A stretch of DNA of 64,000 nucleotides from Parcubacteria bacterium C7867-006 (lineage in GTDB: Bacteria; Patescibacteriota; Minisyncoccia; Phycocordibacterales; DATDWN01). The notes below the pieces were generated by a model. The model was not told the DNA's origin, did no database searches, and was given only the letters and a program-made list of their open reading frames with translations. Numbering within the stretch: the stretch's first letter is position 1; each line of letters begins with the position of its first letter. Positions 17,688 to 28,237 of the stretch are shown here, piece by piece. The stretch is taken from NCBI GenBank assembly GCA_001189155.1, contig LFCP01000001.1:147779-211778 (forward strand), given 5' to 3'. Made by a program: the position numbers and the translations under genes.

Positions 17688-19576
17688 TGAAAAAGCACAT
17701 ATTAAAATCCCAGAAAAGCATGAAAATAAGCGGCTTGCCACTTGCTGTAATTTCTTTTGCTGGAAAAGTGGCAATACTACATAAAACTTCTTCAAAAACT
17801 TCTCCAATTCTATCTTTATCTTGGAGTCATAATGGTGTTGATTTTTTGCCAGATAGTAAAAAAGTATCTATATATACAATATCAAAGAAGAAAGAAAAAA
17901 TAGAAGCTTGTATTAATTTCTCTATTTCAAATACTCCAAACGGTTTTGTGATGACCTATATTAGGGTTTCAAAAATAAAAAATAAAAATAAATTAGTAGT
18001 TGCTCGTTCAAAAGATTTGTATAGATGGGACATAAAATCAGAACTAGACCCTGGGGACTCACAGTATGGAGCGGTAGTTTATGATAGACAGAAAGATAAG
18101 TTTGAGATGTATAGAGATGGTTTATTTATTAAAAACCAACCATCTATTTCTTTGTCTGTTTGGAAAGAAAAACCTAGATTAGTTTTTACATCAAGAGTCG
18201 GTCAGTTTGATGCCGGCAGAATGTCTATTATAGGAGGAACTGTTAGTACAGACGGTGTTTTAGTTTTTTATGATGCTAGCGTGGAAAATAATACAAAAAC
18301 TTTATTGCAAGTTGGGGCAGTAATTTTTGATATTAATAATCCAAAACATATTGTTTGGAGAAGTGGAATGCCAATATGGCAAGGTATTGTTGACTCAAAA
18401 GATAAAACTAGACCTATAAAACATCTGGGTTTTTCAAATCTCGGTAAAGAACTTATTTTTTATTGGTTAACAGCAGATTCAAACATAATTATTGTAAGAA
18501 TACCCGCAATGTTTAGGGAGACGGAAGATGCTCGTCATCACCCAAAAATTATGGATAGGTTTGAAAACAATCCAATAATAGAACCAATCGCTGGTAGTCA
18601 TTGGGAAAACGAAGGAACATTTAACCCTGCAGTTGTTGAGGATGATGAGGGTATAATACATATACTTTATAGAGCTGTTGGCGGAGATGGTATATCTCGT
18701 ATTGGATATGCAAAAAGTATAGACGGGGTAAGTCTAACAGGAAGATTGCCGTACCCTGTATTTGAACCAGCGCGCGGTTACGGAATGCCAGAGCCGGGAA
18801 AAGAAATGGGGCCACAGTCTTATAATCCTTATATTTATACTTCTGGTGGAGGATGGGGTGGTTCAGAAGACCCTCGTGCTGTTAGAATAGGTGATCGTGT
18901 TTATATGCTGTATACAGCTTTTGAAGGTTGGAATTCTATGAGGATAGCTCTGACTTCAATTAGTCTAAAAGATTTTAAATCTGGTAATTGGAAATGGAGA
19001 AAACCAAAATTGATATCATCTCCAGAAAATAGAAGTAAAAATTGGTTAATATTTCCTAAAAAAATAAAAGGAAAGTTTGCTGTATTGCACAGCATAAGTC
19101 CAAAGGTCTTGGTTGATTACGTAGATGATTTGGATAAGTTTGACGATATTATCTATAGTCCAAGACCAGAAGGCCCACAACCAGGAAGAAAAAATTCTTG
19201 GGACTTTTTATTAAAAGGATCTGGTCCTCCACCAGTTTTGACGGAAAAAGGCTGGTTGCTTTTGTACCATGCTTTGGAAAAAACTGATACAGGAAAGTAT
19301 AGACTTGGTGCAATGCTTTTGGATAAAGATGATCCAACAAAAATTATCTATCGTTCAGCTCACCCTATTCTTTCACCAGATATGCACTATGAAAATGACG
19401 GTAAACCTGGTGTTGTTTACGCATCAGGAGCGCTGATAAGAGGAGAGGACTTGTATGTTTATTATGGTGGTGGAGATAAGGTTGTTTGTGTAGCAAAAAC
19501 ACAAGTTTCAAAGTTATTAAAATATCTTGCTACAGGAAGCGCAAAACATTATCAGCTGGATAAAGCTAAATCATAA
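17687..19576 (+). CDS. GH130-family glycosidase/mannoside phosphorylase with degenerate N-terminal propeller
   Basis: C-terminal half FNPAV, GSEDPR, YTAF, KNWLIFP, WLLLYH, YYGGGD; N-terminal half divergent. Confidence 0.85.
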   Translation: MKKHILKSQKSMKISGLPLAVISFAGKVAILHKTSSKTSPILSLSWSHNGVDFLPDSKKVSIYTISKKKEKIEACINFSISNTPNGFVMTYIRVSKIKNKNKLVVARSKDLYRWDIKSELDPGDSQYGAVVYDRQKDKFEMYRDGLFIKNQPSISLSVWKEKPRLVFTSRVGQFDAGRMSIIGGTVSTDGVLVFYDASVENNTKTLLQVGAVIFDINNPKHIVWRSGMPIWQGIVDSKDKTRPIKHLGFSNLGKELIFYWLTADSNIIIVRIPAMFRETEDARHHPKIMDRFENNPIIEPIAGSHWENEGTFNPAVVEDDEGIIHILYRAVGGDGISRIGYAKSIDGVSLTGRLPYPVFEPARGYGMPEPGKEMGPQSYNPYIYTSGGGWGGSEDPRAVRIGDRVYMLYTAFEGWNSMRIALTSISLKDFKSGNWKWRKPKLISSPENRSKNWLIFPKKIKGKFAVLHSISPKVLVDYVDDLDKFDDIIYSPRPEGPQPGRKNSWDFLLKGSGPPPVLTEKGWLLLYHALEKTDTGKYRLGAMLLDKDDPTKIIYRSAHPILSPDMHYENDGKPGVVYASGALIRGEDLYVYYGGGDKVVCVAKTQVSKLLKYLATGSAKHYQLDKAKS

Positions 19577-19586
19577 TATCAAAAAT

Positions 19587-21491
19587 ATGTTTGTTGTAAG
19601 AAAATCAAAACACAATCCAATACTCGCGCCGAATCCAGAAAATTCTTTTGAGAATTATGCCACTTTCAATGGTAATCCAATAGAGGTTGGTAAAAATATT
19701 CATTTACTTTATAGAGCACAATCTATTCCAGAAAAATTTGGAGATATAAATTTTTCAATGTCTGTCGTTGGCAAAGCTGTTAGTAAAGATGGTGTTAATT
19801 TTAAAAATAGATCAATTTTTATTGAACCAACAGAAGAGTGGGAGAGATATGGTTGTGAGGATCCAAGAGTAACTAAAATAGGGGGTAAATATTATACATT
19901 TTATACAGCGTTATCGGCTTTTCCATTAAATATTCCAGAAGGTATAAAAGTAGGTCTTGCTATTAGTCGGGACATGAAAAAGGTAGATGAGAAACATCTC
20001 ATCACACAATTCAATGCTAAAGCAATGTGTCTTTTCCCTGAAAAGATAAATGGCAAGTACATTGCAATGCTGACAGTGAATCCAGACCGACTACCAACAC
20101 ATATTACGTTGGCTGAGTTCAATAAGATTGAAGATATGTGGAATGAAAAGTATTGGAAGAAATGGTATTCAAATCTAGAAAAGCATATTTTTATAAGAGG
20201 AGATGACAATGATCGTATTGAAATAGGTAGTTGTCCAATTAAAACGGAGAAAGGTTGGCTGATAGTGTGTTGTCGAATTCAAAACCACTCTTCACCAAAT
20301 AGAGTATTTGCCATAGAAGCTTTTCTTTTGGATTTAAAGGATCCAAAGAAAATTATAGGTAAAACTAGAGGAGCTTTAGTTGTTCCTGAAGAAACATATG
20401 AGAAAAATGGAATAATCGGTAATACTATATTTCCGAGTGGAGCCAGAATAGAAAAAGATAAGTTAGTTATATATTACGGAGCAACTGATACAACTGTAGC
20501 TGTTGCTTCTGTTAGTTTGAACTCTCTTCTAGAGGTAATGACATACCCATATAAACAAATTGGTTTTGACAGGATAGGTGATGGAGTTTTAATGAGACCA
20601 AGGAAAGGAATAGCTTGGGAAGAGAAGGCTATATTTAACCCAGCGGCAATTGATATTGGCGGTGTAGTTAGGATACTTTATAGGGCAATGGGCAATGATA
20701 ATACATCTGTTATTGGTTATGCTGAAAGTGAAAATACTATAGATATATCATTTATTTCTGATAAACCAGCATATGTTCCAAGAGAGTCTTTTGAGAGTAA
20801 GGGGGTTCCTGGCGGTAATTCTGGATGTGAGGATCCCAGACTGACAAAAATTGGTGGAACTGTGTATATGTACTACACGGCGTATAACGGCATTACTCCT
20901 CCTGCCGTAGCGATGACTTCAATATTAGAAAAAGATCTTAAAAAAAGAAATTGGAATTGGACTAAACCTGTATTGGTTACTGCAGATGGTATAGACGATA
21001 AAGATGGATGTTTACATCCAGAAAAAGTTAATGGAAAATATTTCCTATTTCATAGAGTTCATAACTATATTTGTGGTGACTTTGGTTCAACTCCAGCTTT
21101 TCCAGAAAGAAATAGTTTTAAAAATACACCAATAATTCTACCTCGTCCGGGAATGTGGGATAGTGTAAAAGTTGGAATATCTGTACCCCCAATAAAGACT
21201 GATAAGGGTTGGTTGCTTCTTTACCATGGAGTATCAGCTCGATCTAGATATAGAATTGGTGCCGCTTTGTTGGATTTGAAAGACCCAACAAAAGTTTTGG
21301 CTAGGACAACAGACCCAATATTTGAGCCTAAAGAAGCGTATGAAATAGAAGGACAGGTAAATTATGTTGTTTTTCCATGTGGCGCGGTTGTTAGAGATGA
21401 TGAGATATATATGTATTATGGAGGGGCAGATTCTATTATAGATGTTTCTTCTATCTCGCTTAAAAAGCTTTTAAATGTGCTTACAAAATAA
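19587..21491 (+). CDS. Tandem double-GH130 glycosidase/phosphorylase
   Basis: Two copies of FNG/FNP...GCEDPR...YTA...YYG; start re-assigned to ATG 19587. Confidence 0.88.
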   Translation: MFVVRKSKHNPILAPNPENSFENYATFNGNPIEVGKNIHLLYRAQSIPEKFGDINFSMSVVGKAVSKDGVNFKNRSIFIEPTEEWERYGCEDPRVTKIGGKYYTFYTALSAFPLNIPEGIKVGLAISRDMKKVDEKHLITQFNAKAMCLFPEKINGKYIAMLTVNPDRLPTHITLAEFNKIEDMWNEKYWKKWYSNLEKHIFIRGDDNDRIEIGSCPIKTEKGWLIVCCRIQNHSSPNRVFAIEAFLLDLKDPKKIIGKTRGALVVPEETYEKNGIIGNTIFPSGARIEKDKLVIYYGATDTTVAVASVSLNSLLEVMTYPYKQIGFDRIGDGVLMRPRKGIAWEEKAIFNPAAIDIGGVVRILYRAMGNDNTSVIGYAESENTIDISFISDKPAYVPRESFESKGVPGGNSGCEDPRLTKIGGTVYMYYTAYNGITPPAVAMTSILEKDLKKRNWNWTKPVLVTADGIDDKDGCLHPEKVNGKYFLFHRVHNYICGDFGSTPAFPERNSFKNTPIILPRPGMWDSVKVGISVPPIKTDKGWLLLYHGVSARSRYRIGAALLDLKDPTKVLARTTDPIFEPKEAYEIEGQVNYVVFPCGAVVRDDEIYMYYGGADSIIDVSSISLKKLLNVLTK

Positions 21492-21496
21492 ATAGA

Positions 21497-22672
21497 CTAT
21501 CTTGTGTCTACCAAAGAAAGAGAATAGTGTGCCCCTAGTATCATAGTTGTTCCAATAAATATAAATAGGTATTGAAATGGAATGAACTGTAAAATAATTG
21601 TTGCAAGTATGGGTGCAACAATAAAAGAGATAGGTCTAGCTATTCTAAAAAAGCTGATTACGTCAGTTTTTTCCTTGTCTACTTGTTTAAAGAAATAACT
21701 TTCCACACTTACTTCAACAAAACTTGCACCAATTCTGGTTATAAATAGTATGGTTGCCCACATCCAGAATATTTGTGCTGTGATAAAGCTTATAAAAAGA
21801 GTAGCTAGACCCATTACAATAAAACCTATTGTGAGAAATTCTTTTTCACCATACTTATCATCAGATAATTCTCCTAATGGGACCTCAAAAAGAATAAAAG
21901 GTAGAAGCATTATGGTAAAAATTATTCCGATTTCCGCCCAAGAAAAACCAATAACAGTTTCAAGATAGATAGGAGTGTAGATTATCATAAAAGCATAAAA
22001 TAATTGGAGTAGGAATTGAGATATCAAAATGTTGTATAGATTTTTATTTTTTATGTATTCAGAAGCTGTTTCTTTAAGTCTTATATGATGTATTTCTGTT
22101 GATTTTATATCTCTGAATTTTTTTATCAGGAAATAAACTGGCAGTATCGATAAACATGAGATTAAGTAAACATTTGTAAAAATATGATCCATTATTATCC
22201 ATGATAGACAAAATGGGGCAATGACTATTGTTATATTTGTTAGTGTGAGATAAGTTGCTCTGATACTTCCAACTTTTGTTTTGTCTTCTTCTATGGATTC
22301 TATAAGGACATCCATATTGAATAGAATAAGAGATATTGTAACTGTGTGTATTATAAACCAAAGACTTACATAAAAAGCCGAGTCAGATAAAGCCAAACCA
22401 GCAGTTGATATTATTTCTATAATTAAAGATAGAATAATAAATTTATAAACGCCAATCTTTTCTAGTATTTTTGATGCGTTAATTAAGAGAATAGTGCTTC
22501 CTGCCGAACTTATTATATAAAGAGCAGATACTTGTGTTTCAGAGAAAAGAGTAGATAGAAAAGAAGAGTTAATGTAGATAATTAACGCATAGTGAAATGA
22601 GATAAAAACATTGGACAAGAATAGAGTATTTAACAGTTTTCCTTGCTTGAACGGAGAAAGTATTTTATCCAT
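21497..22672 (-). CDS. MFS transporter
   Basis: About 12 TMs; GELSDDKYGEK motif A-like. Confidence 0.85.
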   Translation of the reverse strand: MDKILSPFKQGKLLNTLFLSNVFISFHYALIIYINSSFLSTLFSETQVSALYIISSAGSTILLINASKILEKIGVYKFIILSLIIEIISTAGLALSDSAFYVSLWFIIHTVTISLILFNMDVLIESIEEDKTKVGSIRATYLTLTNITIVIAPFCLSWIIMDHIFTNVYLISCLSILPVYFLIKKFRDIKSTEIHHIRLKETASEYIKNKNLYNILISQFLLQLFYAFMIIYTPIYLETVIGFSWAEIGIIFTIMLLPFILFEVPLGELSDDKYGEKEFLTIGFIVMGLATLFISFITAQIFWMWATILFITRIGASFVEVSVESYFFKQVDKEKTDVISFFRIARPISFIVAPILATIILQFIPFQYLFIFIGTTMILGAHYSLSLVDTR

Positions 22673-22705
22673 ATAGAATCATTATATAGCAAAAAAATAC
22701 AATAC

Positions 22706-22741
22706 AAAACAAAATCCACCCTTTCGGATGGATTTTGTTTT
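22706..22741 (-). terminator. Intrinsic terminator after rnj
   Basis: AAAACAAAATCCACCC-tttc-GGATGGATTTTGTTTT. Confidence 0.75.
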
Positions 22742-24564
22742 TAGACTCCTAATATGACCGGTATAACCATCGGTTTTTTTGCGGTCTTTTGGAATAAGAA
22801 CCTTGCAACGTTGTCTGCAAGAACTGATTTCACCATATCAAAATCTATAGGATTCATACCTTGAGTTGTGTCTTCAACAGTTTTCTTTATTATCATTCGA
22901 GCGTTAGTCAAAAGATCTTGAGATTCTCTGACATAGACGAAACCTCTAGCGATAATATCTGGGGATTTCTTTAGTTTTCCAGTTTTTGTGTTGATACTTA
23001 CAACAATCAAGAATATTCCGTCTTGAGCTAGCATTTTTCTGTCTCTTATAACCATTTCTTGTACATCTCCAACAGAGAAACCATCAACCAAAACTAGATT
23101 TGAAGGAACTTTTTCTTTTAGAATTCTTATTTTTTCTCCATTATCGTAGATTTCAACGATCGAACCGTTGTCCGGTATAACCACGTCCTCTTTGTTGTGG
23201 CCGAGAGAATATGAAAGTTCAGCGTGTTGACAGAGCATATAATGGTTTCCGTGAACTGGCATAAAGAATTTGTAAGGAATCTGTTGGTGTATCCATTTCA
23301 ATTCATCTCTGTTTCCGTGACCAGATGCGTGAATATCAGAGTCTAGGTATGTAACAATTTTTGCCCCAGATCTGTAGAGGTTATCTTTGAGGTTCACAAC
23401 AGATTTGTGATTTGTTGGAATAACAGAAGCAGATAGTAGAACTGTATCTGTTGGTTTTAGACGTACGTATTTATGAGTTTTATTCGCTATTCTCATTAGC
23501 GCTGCAAATTCCTCTCCTTGTGCACCTGTAACTAGCATTATGATTCTGTCTGGGGGATAGTTTTCAATATCTTCCAATGGAATAATATTTTTTGCATCAG
23601 CTAGTTTGAGGTGTTTAACTATTTCAATATTTGATTTCATTGAACGACCTTCAATAACAATTTTTTTGTTGTATTTTTCTGCTGCATTTATAATCGCAAT
23701 TATTCTCTCTACTTGGGAAGCGAATGTCGCAATTATTAGTCTACTTTTTGTTTCTTTAATGAATTTATCAATATTTTCTACTACCACATTTTCTGATAGA
23801 GAAAATCCCGGTTTTTCAATAGATGTTGAGTCCATCGTTAGCAATAGAGTGTTCATGTTTTTAAACATTTTATATTGCTCAACCTCTTCTTCTGTTGGAA
23901 CTCCATTTACGTTGTCCACTCTAACATCTTCAATAAAAACTATATTTCCATATGGAGTTTCTATTATAAGACCCATTGAGTCTGGAATAGTGTGAGAAAT
24001 AGGAAAAGTTTTTACTTTCAATGAGCCAACGTTGATAGTTTCGTTTCCTTCAATTATTTGAATATCTAGAGGTTGTAGGTGAGGGAACTCATCTTGTCTT
24101 TTTTGGATCATTATTGCTCCGAACTGTCTTGTGTAGATTTTTGGGTAACCAATTCTGTCTATTATGAAAGGTAATCCTCCTATGTGATCTAGGTGTCCGT
24201 GTGTGATGAAAAGACCTCTAATTCTATCTTTGTTATCTTCAAGGTATTTTGTGTTTGGAAGAATATAATCTATTCCAGGAGTATCTTCGTCTTTGAATTG
24301 GAAACCAATATCAATAACTATGATATCGTTTTTGTACTCAATCATGGTCATATTTCTTCCGATTTCTTCTACTCCACCAAGGGGTATTATTCTGATGTTG
24401 TCTCCAATAGGAGGGATTATGTCTTCTGCCTTCTTCATCATTCTCGGTGATGTTGGTGTTCTACCAAATGATTTTCGGCCAAAAGACGATCTACTTCTCC
24501 CATGAGAATGACCTCTTCCTTCTCTTCCAGTATTTCTTACTTCTTTTTTCTGTTCTGTGTCCAT
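22741..24564 (-). CDS. rnj: Ribonuclease J
   Basis: PLGGVEEIGRNM, THGHLDHIGG, HTIPD, HASGH, PVHG. Confidence 0.95.
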   Translation of the reverse strand: MDTEQKKEVRNTGREGRGHSHGRSRSSFGRKSFGRTPTSPRMMKKAEDIIPPIGDNIRIIPLGGVEEIGRNMTMIEYKNDIIVIDIGFQFKDEDTPGIDYILPNTKYLEDNKDRIRGLFITHGHLDHIGGLPFIIDRIGYPKIYTRQFGAIMIQKRQDEFPHLQPLDIQIIEGNETINVGSLKVKTFPISHTIPDSMGLIIETPYGNIVFIEDVRVDNVNGVPTEEEVEQYKMFKNMNTLLLTMDSTSIEKPGFSLSENVVVENIDKFIKETKSRLIIATFASQVERIIAIINAAEKYNKKIVIEGRSMKSNIEIVKHLKLADAKNIIPLEDIENYPPDRIIMLVTGAQGEEFAALMRIANKTHKYVRLKPTDTVLLSASVIPTNHKSVVNLKDNLYRSGAKIVTYLDSDIHASGHGNRDELKWIHQQIPYKFFMPVHGNHYMLCQHAELSYSLGHNKEDVVIPDNGSIVEIYDNGEKIRILKEKVPSNLVLVDGFSVGDVQEMVIRDRKMLAQDGIFLIVVSINTKTGKLKKSPDIIARGFVYVRESQDLLTNARMIIKKTVEDTTQGMNPIDFDMVKSVLADNVARFLFQKTAKKPMVIPVILGV

Positions 24565-24603
24565 GATTTTATTTGTTAATTTGATTTTATAACTGTTACC
24601 TAA

Positions 24604-26349
24604 TTATTTTATAAATATTTTCCAAACATTATTTGTTTCTATGTACCACTTTCCAACATCCGCAAACCTTTCTCCTGGTGTTGTTATCTGCCCTATAGTT
24701 ACACTTTTTATTTTTTTTGGAACTATATAAATAAAGTAAGGTGAGTATGTGAAGACTGCGGGAGCGTCGTTGGTAATCTCTTTGTTAAAACTATTGAAAT
24801 ATCCCTGTTTTAACTCCGGATTACTTGTATTTCTTATATTTTCTAGAAGTTTGTCTGCTTTCAAGTTTGTGTATAGAGCAATGTTTAATCCTGGGCTATT
24901 TCTTTGTGATGAGTGCCAGAATGGATATAAATCCATATCTCTTCCCACAACCTCTCCAAACAATAGGGAGTCGTACTTTCTGGGTTTAATTATGTTTTGA
25001 TTCAAATCTCCAATTTCAAATATTTTTACTTCAACTACTGCTCCTAACTCTTGCCACTGTTTTTGTAAAAGATATGCAGTCTCTTTCAACTCTGGAACAT
25101 TTCCTGTTGAGATTGAGAAAGATAGGGTAATAGTTTCTTTTTTATCTTTTTTAACAAAAACTCCATCTTCATTTTGACTCCAACCAGCTTTTGTTAGTAT
25201 AGCTTTTGCTTTTTCTATCCTGTCGCTAGATGTAGTAGATATTTCTTTTTCTGACATTGTTTTTAGCGGAACAGGAGTGTCTATTGCCTGACCATAACCG
25301 CCTAATATATTGTCTATTATTGCTTGTTTGTCTGTTACTACGTTTAGGGCCTGACGAACTTCTTTGTTTACAAAAATAGGAGCTACGTTTTGATTGAAAA
25401 ATACTCCGAATATTCTAGGCAGAGGGGAGAGTATTATTTCATCACTCGCGATTTTTAGAGCAGGCAATTCTTTTGGTGACACACTGTGTAGACTTTCTAT
25501 ATCTCCTTTTTTATATGCATCAATAATGTCAGCTTCATTTTGATATGACTTAATAATTATTTTTGTTATATACGGTTTGCCTAGAGCATATTTGTTAAAT
25601 GAAACTAGGTGGTATTCTGATGGGAGGCCACTGCTTGTGTAAGTGATATAGTCTATTTTATATGGCCCTGTTCCAACTGGTTTTGTGTTGAATTGGCTGA
25701 AAGGGAATTCTTCTATGGAAGCTTTATTCCAAATATGTTTTGGAAGAATACCTAGTGTAGTGTTTTGTATAAAAGATGAATAAGGCTGTTTCAATATAAA
25801 AGAAACTGTTTTGTCGTTTATTTTTTCTACTTTAACACCACTCCAGTTTGCCTCTCTCGGACTTTTTAGTTCAGAGTTTTGAGCTTTCTCAATAGTAAAT
25901 ATTACATCATCTGCTGTAACGCTTGTTCCATCGTGGAATACTGCATCATCTCTGATTTTAAAAGTATAGATTAGGGAATCATCTGAAATAGTGTAACTAT
26001 CGGCAAGATCTGGAGACAACTCTCCACTAGAGTCTGCTTTTAGTAGGCCTGAATAAATTAAAGATGTTAAATCTTTATCTATATCACTAGATGCTAATAG
26101 GGGATTTATAAAACGAGGTGAGCCAATAACTCCTTCTGTTAAAGAGCCACCGTAGTTCGGAACCTCTACTAGGAAAAGTTTGTTAACTTGATATAAAAGT
26201 GAAAGGCCGCTAATTATAAAAATAGCAGAAAAAATGAAAAATATTGTTTTTTCTGTAAGAGAAAAAGACTGAATGACTTTCATAGCCTTATCTGAATAAG
26301 GTATTTTCCACTCCTTTTTAGTTAGTGATTTCAAATATTCTTTGTCCAC
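24604..26349 (-). CDS. ABC transporter substrate-binding protein, family 5 (OppA/DppA-like)
   Basis: LIYSGL..PDLA..YTFKIR..FHDG..TADDVIFT; PVGTGPY. Confidence 0.9.
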   Translation of the reverse strand: MDKEYLKSLTKKEWKIPYSDKAMKVIQSFSLTEKTIFFIFSAIFIISGLSLLYQVNKLFLVEVPNYGGSLTEGVIGSPRFINPLLASSDIDKDLTSLIYSGLLKADSSGELSPDLADSYTISDDSLIYTFKIRDDAVFHDGTSVTADDVIFTIEKAQNSELKSPREANWSGVKVEKINDKTVSFILKQPYSSFIQNTTLGILPKHIWNKASIEEFPFSQFNTKPVGTGPYKIDYITYTSSGLPSEYHLVSFNKYALGKPYITKIIIKSYQNEADIIDAYKKGDIESLHSVSPKELPALKIASDEIILSPLPRIFGVFFNQNVAPIFVNKEVRQALNVVTDKQAIIDNILGGYGQAIDTPVPLKTMSEKEISTTSSDRIEKAKAILTKAGWSQNEDGVFVKKDKKETITLSFSISTGNVPELKETAYLLQKQWQELGAVVEVKIFEIGDLNQNIIKPRKYDSLLFGEVVGRDMDLYPFWHSSQRNSPGLNIALYTNLKADKLLENIRNTSNPELKQGYFNSFNKEITNDAPAVFTYSPYFIYIVPKKIKSVTIGQITTPGERFADVGKWYIETNNVWKIFIK

Positions 26350-26414
26350 GAAAATAAATATTTAGTATTAATTTTAAGATAATACAAAGGTAGAACCTGT
26401 AATGTATTAACTAA

Positions 26415-26645
26415 TTACAAAAGTAGTAGGCTGAATGAAGTCGCGGCAAAGAGAACAGCTATAACAATAGTTGCAATAAATAGTGTTTTCTCAAACCCTC
26501 GTTTTGTATGATATCCAGAAGAGAAACTGTCACCTCCGCCAAATGCAGAACCTAAGCCAGCTTCTGATTGTTGTAGGAGTATGCCCCCGATAAGTAGGAC
26601 AGACAATACAATTTGGATATAAGGAATCATTCCAGCAATACTCAT
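26415..26645 (-). CDS. secG: Preprotein translocase subunit SecG
   Basis: ILLQQSEAGLGSAFGG...TKRGFEKTL with two TMs. Confidence 0.9.
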   Translation of the reverse strand: MSIAGMIPYIQIVLSVLLIGGILLQQSEAGLGSAFGGGDSFSSGYHTKRGFEKTLFIATIVIAVLFAATSFSLLLL

Positions 26646-26750
26646 GATGGGTTACATAATATCAAAGTTTCCTAAAAATGCAACCCTGGCAAAGTGGAAG
26701 TACTTATTATATGTGTTATAATCCCTCTATTATTGTTAACTAAAATTATT

Positions 26751-27335
26751 ATGATGCCAACAGAACAAAGCTTTTTTCAAAGAAATAAAACATGGTTGGT
26801 TATATTAGGTCTTGTTGTTGTTTTAGCTTTTTGGGTAATGGGCAGTTATAACTCACTCATTACACAGGATAAAGCTGTAACAGCGCAGTGGGCTCAGGTA
26901 GATAACCAGTTGCAACGACGTTTTGACTTGATTCCAAATGTTGTTGAGACTGTTAAAGGTGAAATGAAGCAGGAGACTGCAGTATTTACTGCAATAGCGG
27001 AGGCTAGAACTCGCTATTCTGGAGCTACAACTGTAGATCAAAAAGCTGCTGCGGCTTCACAGTATGAATCTGCGATTGGAAGATTACTCGTTATTTCAGA
27101 AAATTATCCAGTTCTCGGCTCTTCAAAGGGTTTCTCTGAGTTAAGAACTCAGTTGGAAGGGGCAGAAAATAGAATTGCTGTTGAAAGAATGAAATACAAT
27201 CAATTGGTTCAGGCTTTTGACACAAGTATAAGTAGATTCCCTGGAATCCTAGTGGCTAAAATGTTTGGATTTGGTGAAAAGTCATATTTTGAAGTTCCGG
27301 AGACAGCTAAAGTTAATCCAGAGGTAAAGTTCTAA
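26751..27335 (+). CDS. lemA: LemA family protein
   Basis: YNSL, WAQVDNQLQRRFDLIPN, ENYP, ENRIAVER; start re-assigned to ATG 26751. Confidence 0.92.
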   Translation: MMPTEQSFFQRNKTWLVILGLVVVLAFWVMGSYNSLITQDKAVTAQWAQVDNQLQRRFDLIPNVVETVKGEMKQETAVFTAIAEARTRYSGATTVDQKAAAASQYESAIGRLLVISENYPVLGSSKGFSELRTQLEGAENRIAVERMKYNQLVQAFDTSISRFPGILVAKMFGFGEKSYFEVPETAKVNPEVKF

Positions 27336-27344
27336 TAAACTCTA

Positions 27345-28211
27345 ATGCAAAAAACTTTTGCATTTTTAGCTCTATTTGTTTTTCCTATTTACCTTTCAGC
27401 CTTTACTGTTCCTAATAAACCAACTGGTTTTGTTCAGGACTATGCTGGAATTTTAACTGCACAGCAAGTTTCGGATCTTGAGGTAAAATTAGAAACTTTT
27501 GAGAGGAACACAACAAATGAAATCGCTGTTGTAACTATTCCATCACTTGATGGTGATATTATTGAAAATGTTGCACAAGATATTTTTACAAAGTGGGGAA
27601 TAGGTAAAAAGGGAAAAGACAATGGAGTATTACTCCTCATTTCTCTTTCAGATAGAAAAACTAGAATACATACAGGATATGGGGTTGAAGGAGATTTAAC
27701 TGATATCGGCACATCATATATACAGAGTGATGTTATAACGCCAGCGTTTAGAAATGGTGATTACTATCTAGGTATAAATGGTGCTATAGATAAAATGATA
27801 AAGGCTTTAGGTGGAAATAATATTGTTCCAGATAATTATTCACAAAAATCAAATGGTTTGCCTTGGGACTTGTTGTTCTTTGTATTTATTTTTGGGGTAC
27901 AACTTATTACAGCAATTTTAGCAAGATCGAAGTCGTGGTGGGGTGGTGGAGTTTTGGGTGGTGTTGTCGGGATGCTCCTGTGGCATTTTTTCATAGCATC
28001 TTTGATTGTTGCTATTCCCACAATAGTTGTTTTGGTTTTGTTCGGGCTATTTCTTGATTATATAGTTTCCAACTCATATAGTCGGGCAAGAGCTAGTGGA
28101 GTTTATCCATGGTGGATGAGAGGTGGAGGAGGTGGCTCTGGTGGCGGTGGAGGTTTCGGTGGATTCGGAGGCGGTTCGTCTGGAGGAGGAGGTAGTAGCG
28201 GTTCTTGGTAG
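27345..28211 (+). CDS. TPM domain protein (YgcG-like)
   Basis: VQDYAGIL, WGIGKKGKDNGVLLL, GYGVEGDL, Gly-rich tail ending GGGGSSGSW. Confidence 0.92.
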   Translation: MQKTFAFLALFVFPIYLSAFTVPNKPTGFVQDYAGILTAQQVSDLEVKLETFERNTTNEIAVVTIPSLDGDIIENVAQDIFTKWGIGKKGKDNGVLLLISLSDRKTRIHTGYGVEGDLTDIGTSYIQSDVITPAFRNGDYYLGINGAIDKMIKALGGNNIVPDNYSQKSNGLPWDLLFFVFIFGVQLITAILARSKSWWGGGVLGGVVGMLLWHFFIASLIVAIPTIVVLVLFGLFLDYIVSNSYSRARASGVYPWWMRGGGGGSGGGGGFGGFGGGSSGGGGSSGSW

Positions 28212-28237
28212 AGTTTATTTTGTGATAATATTAAATT

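Noticed and set aside
28120-28210. GGN-rich repetitive, GC-rich stretch
   Set aside because: It encodes the normal Gly-rich tail of TPM proteins and is not a repeat element or island.
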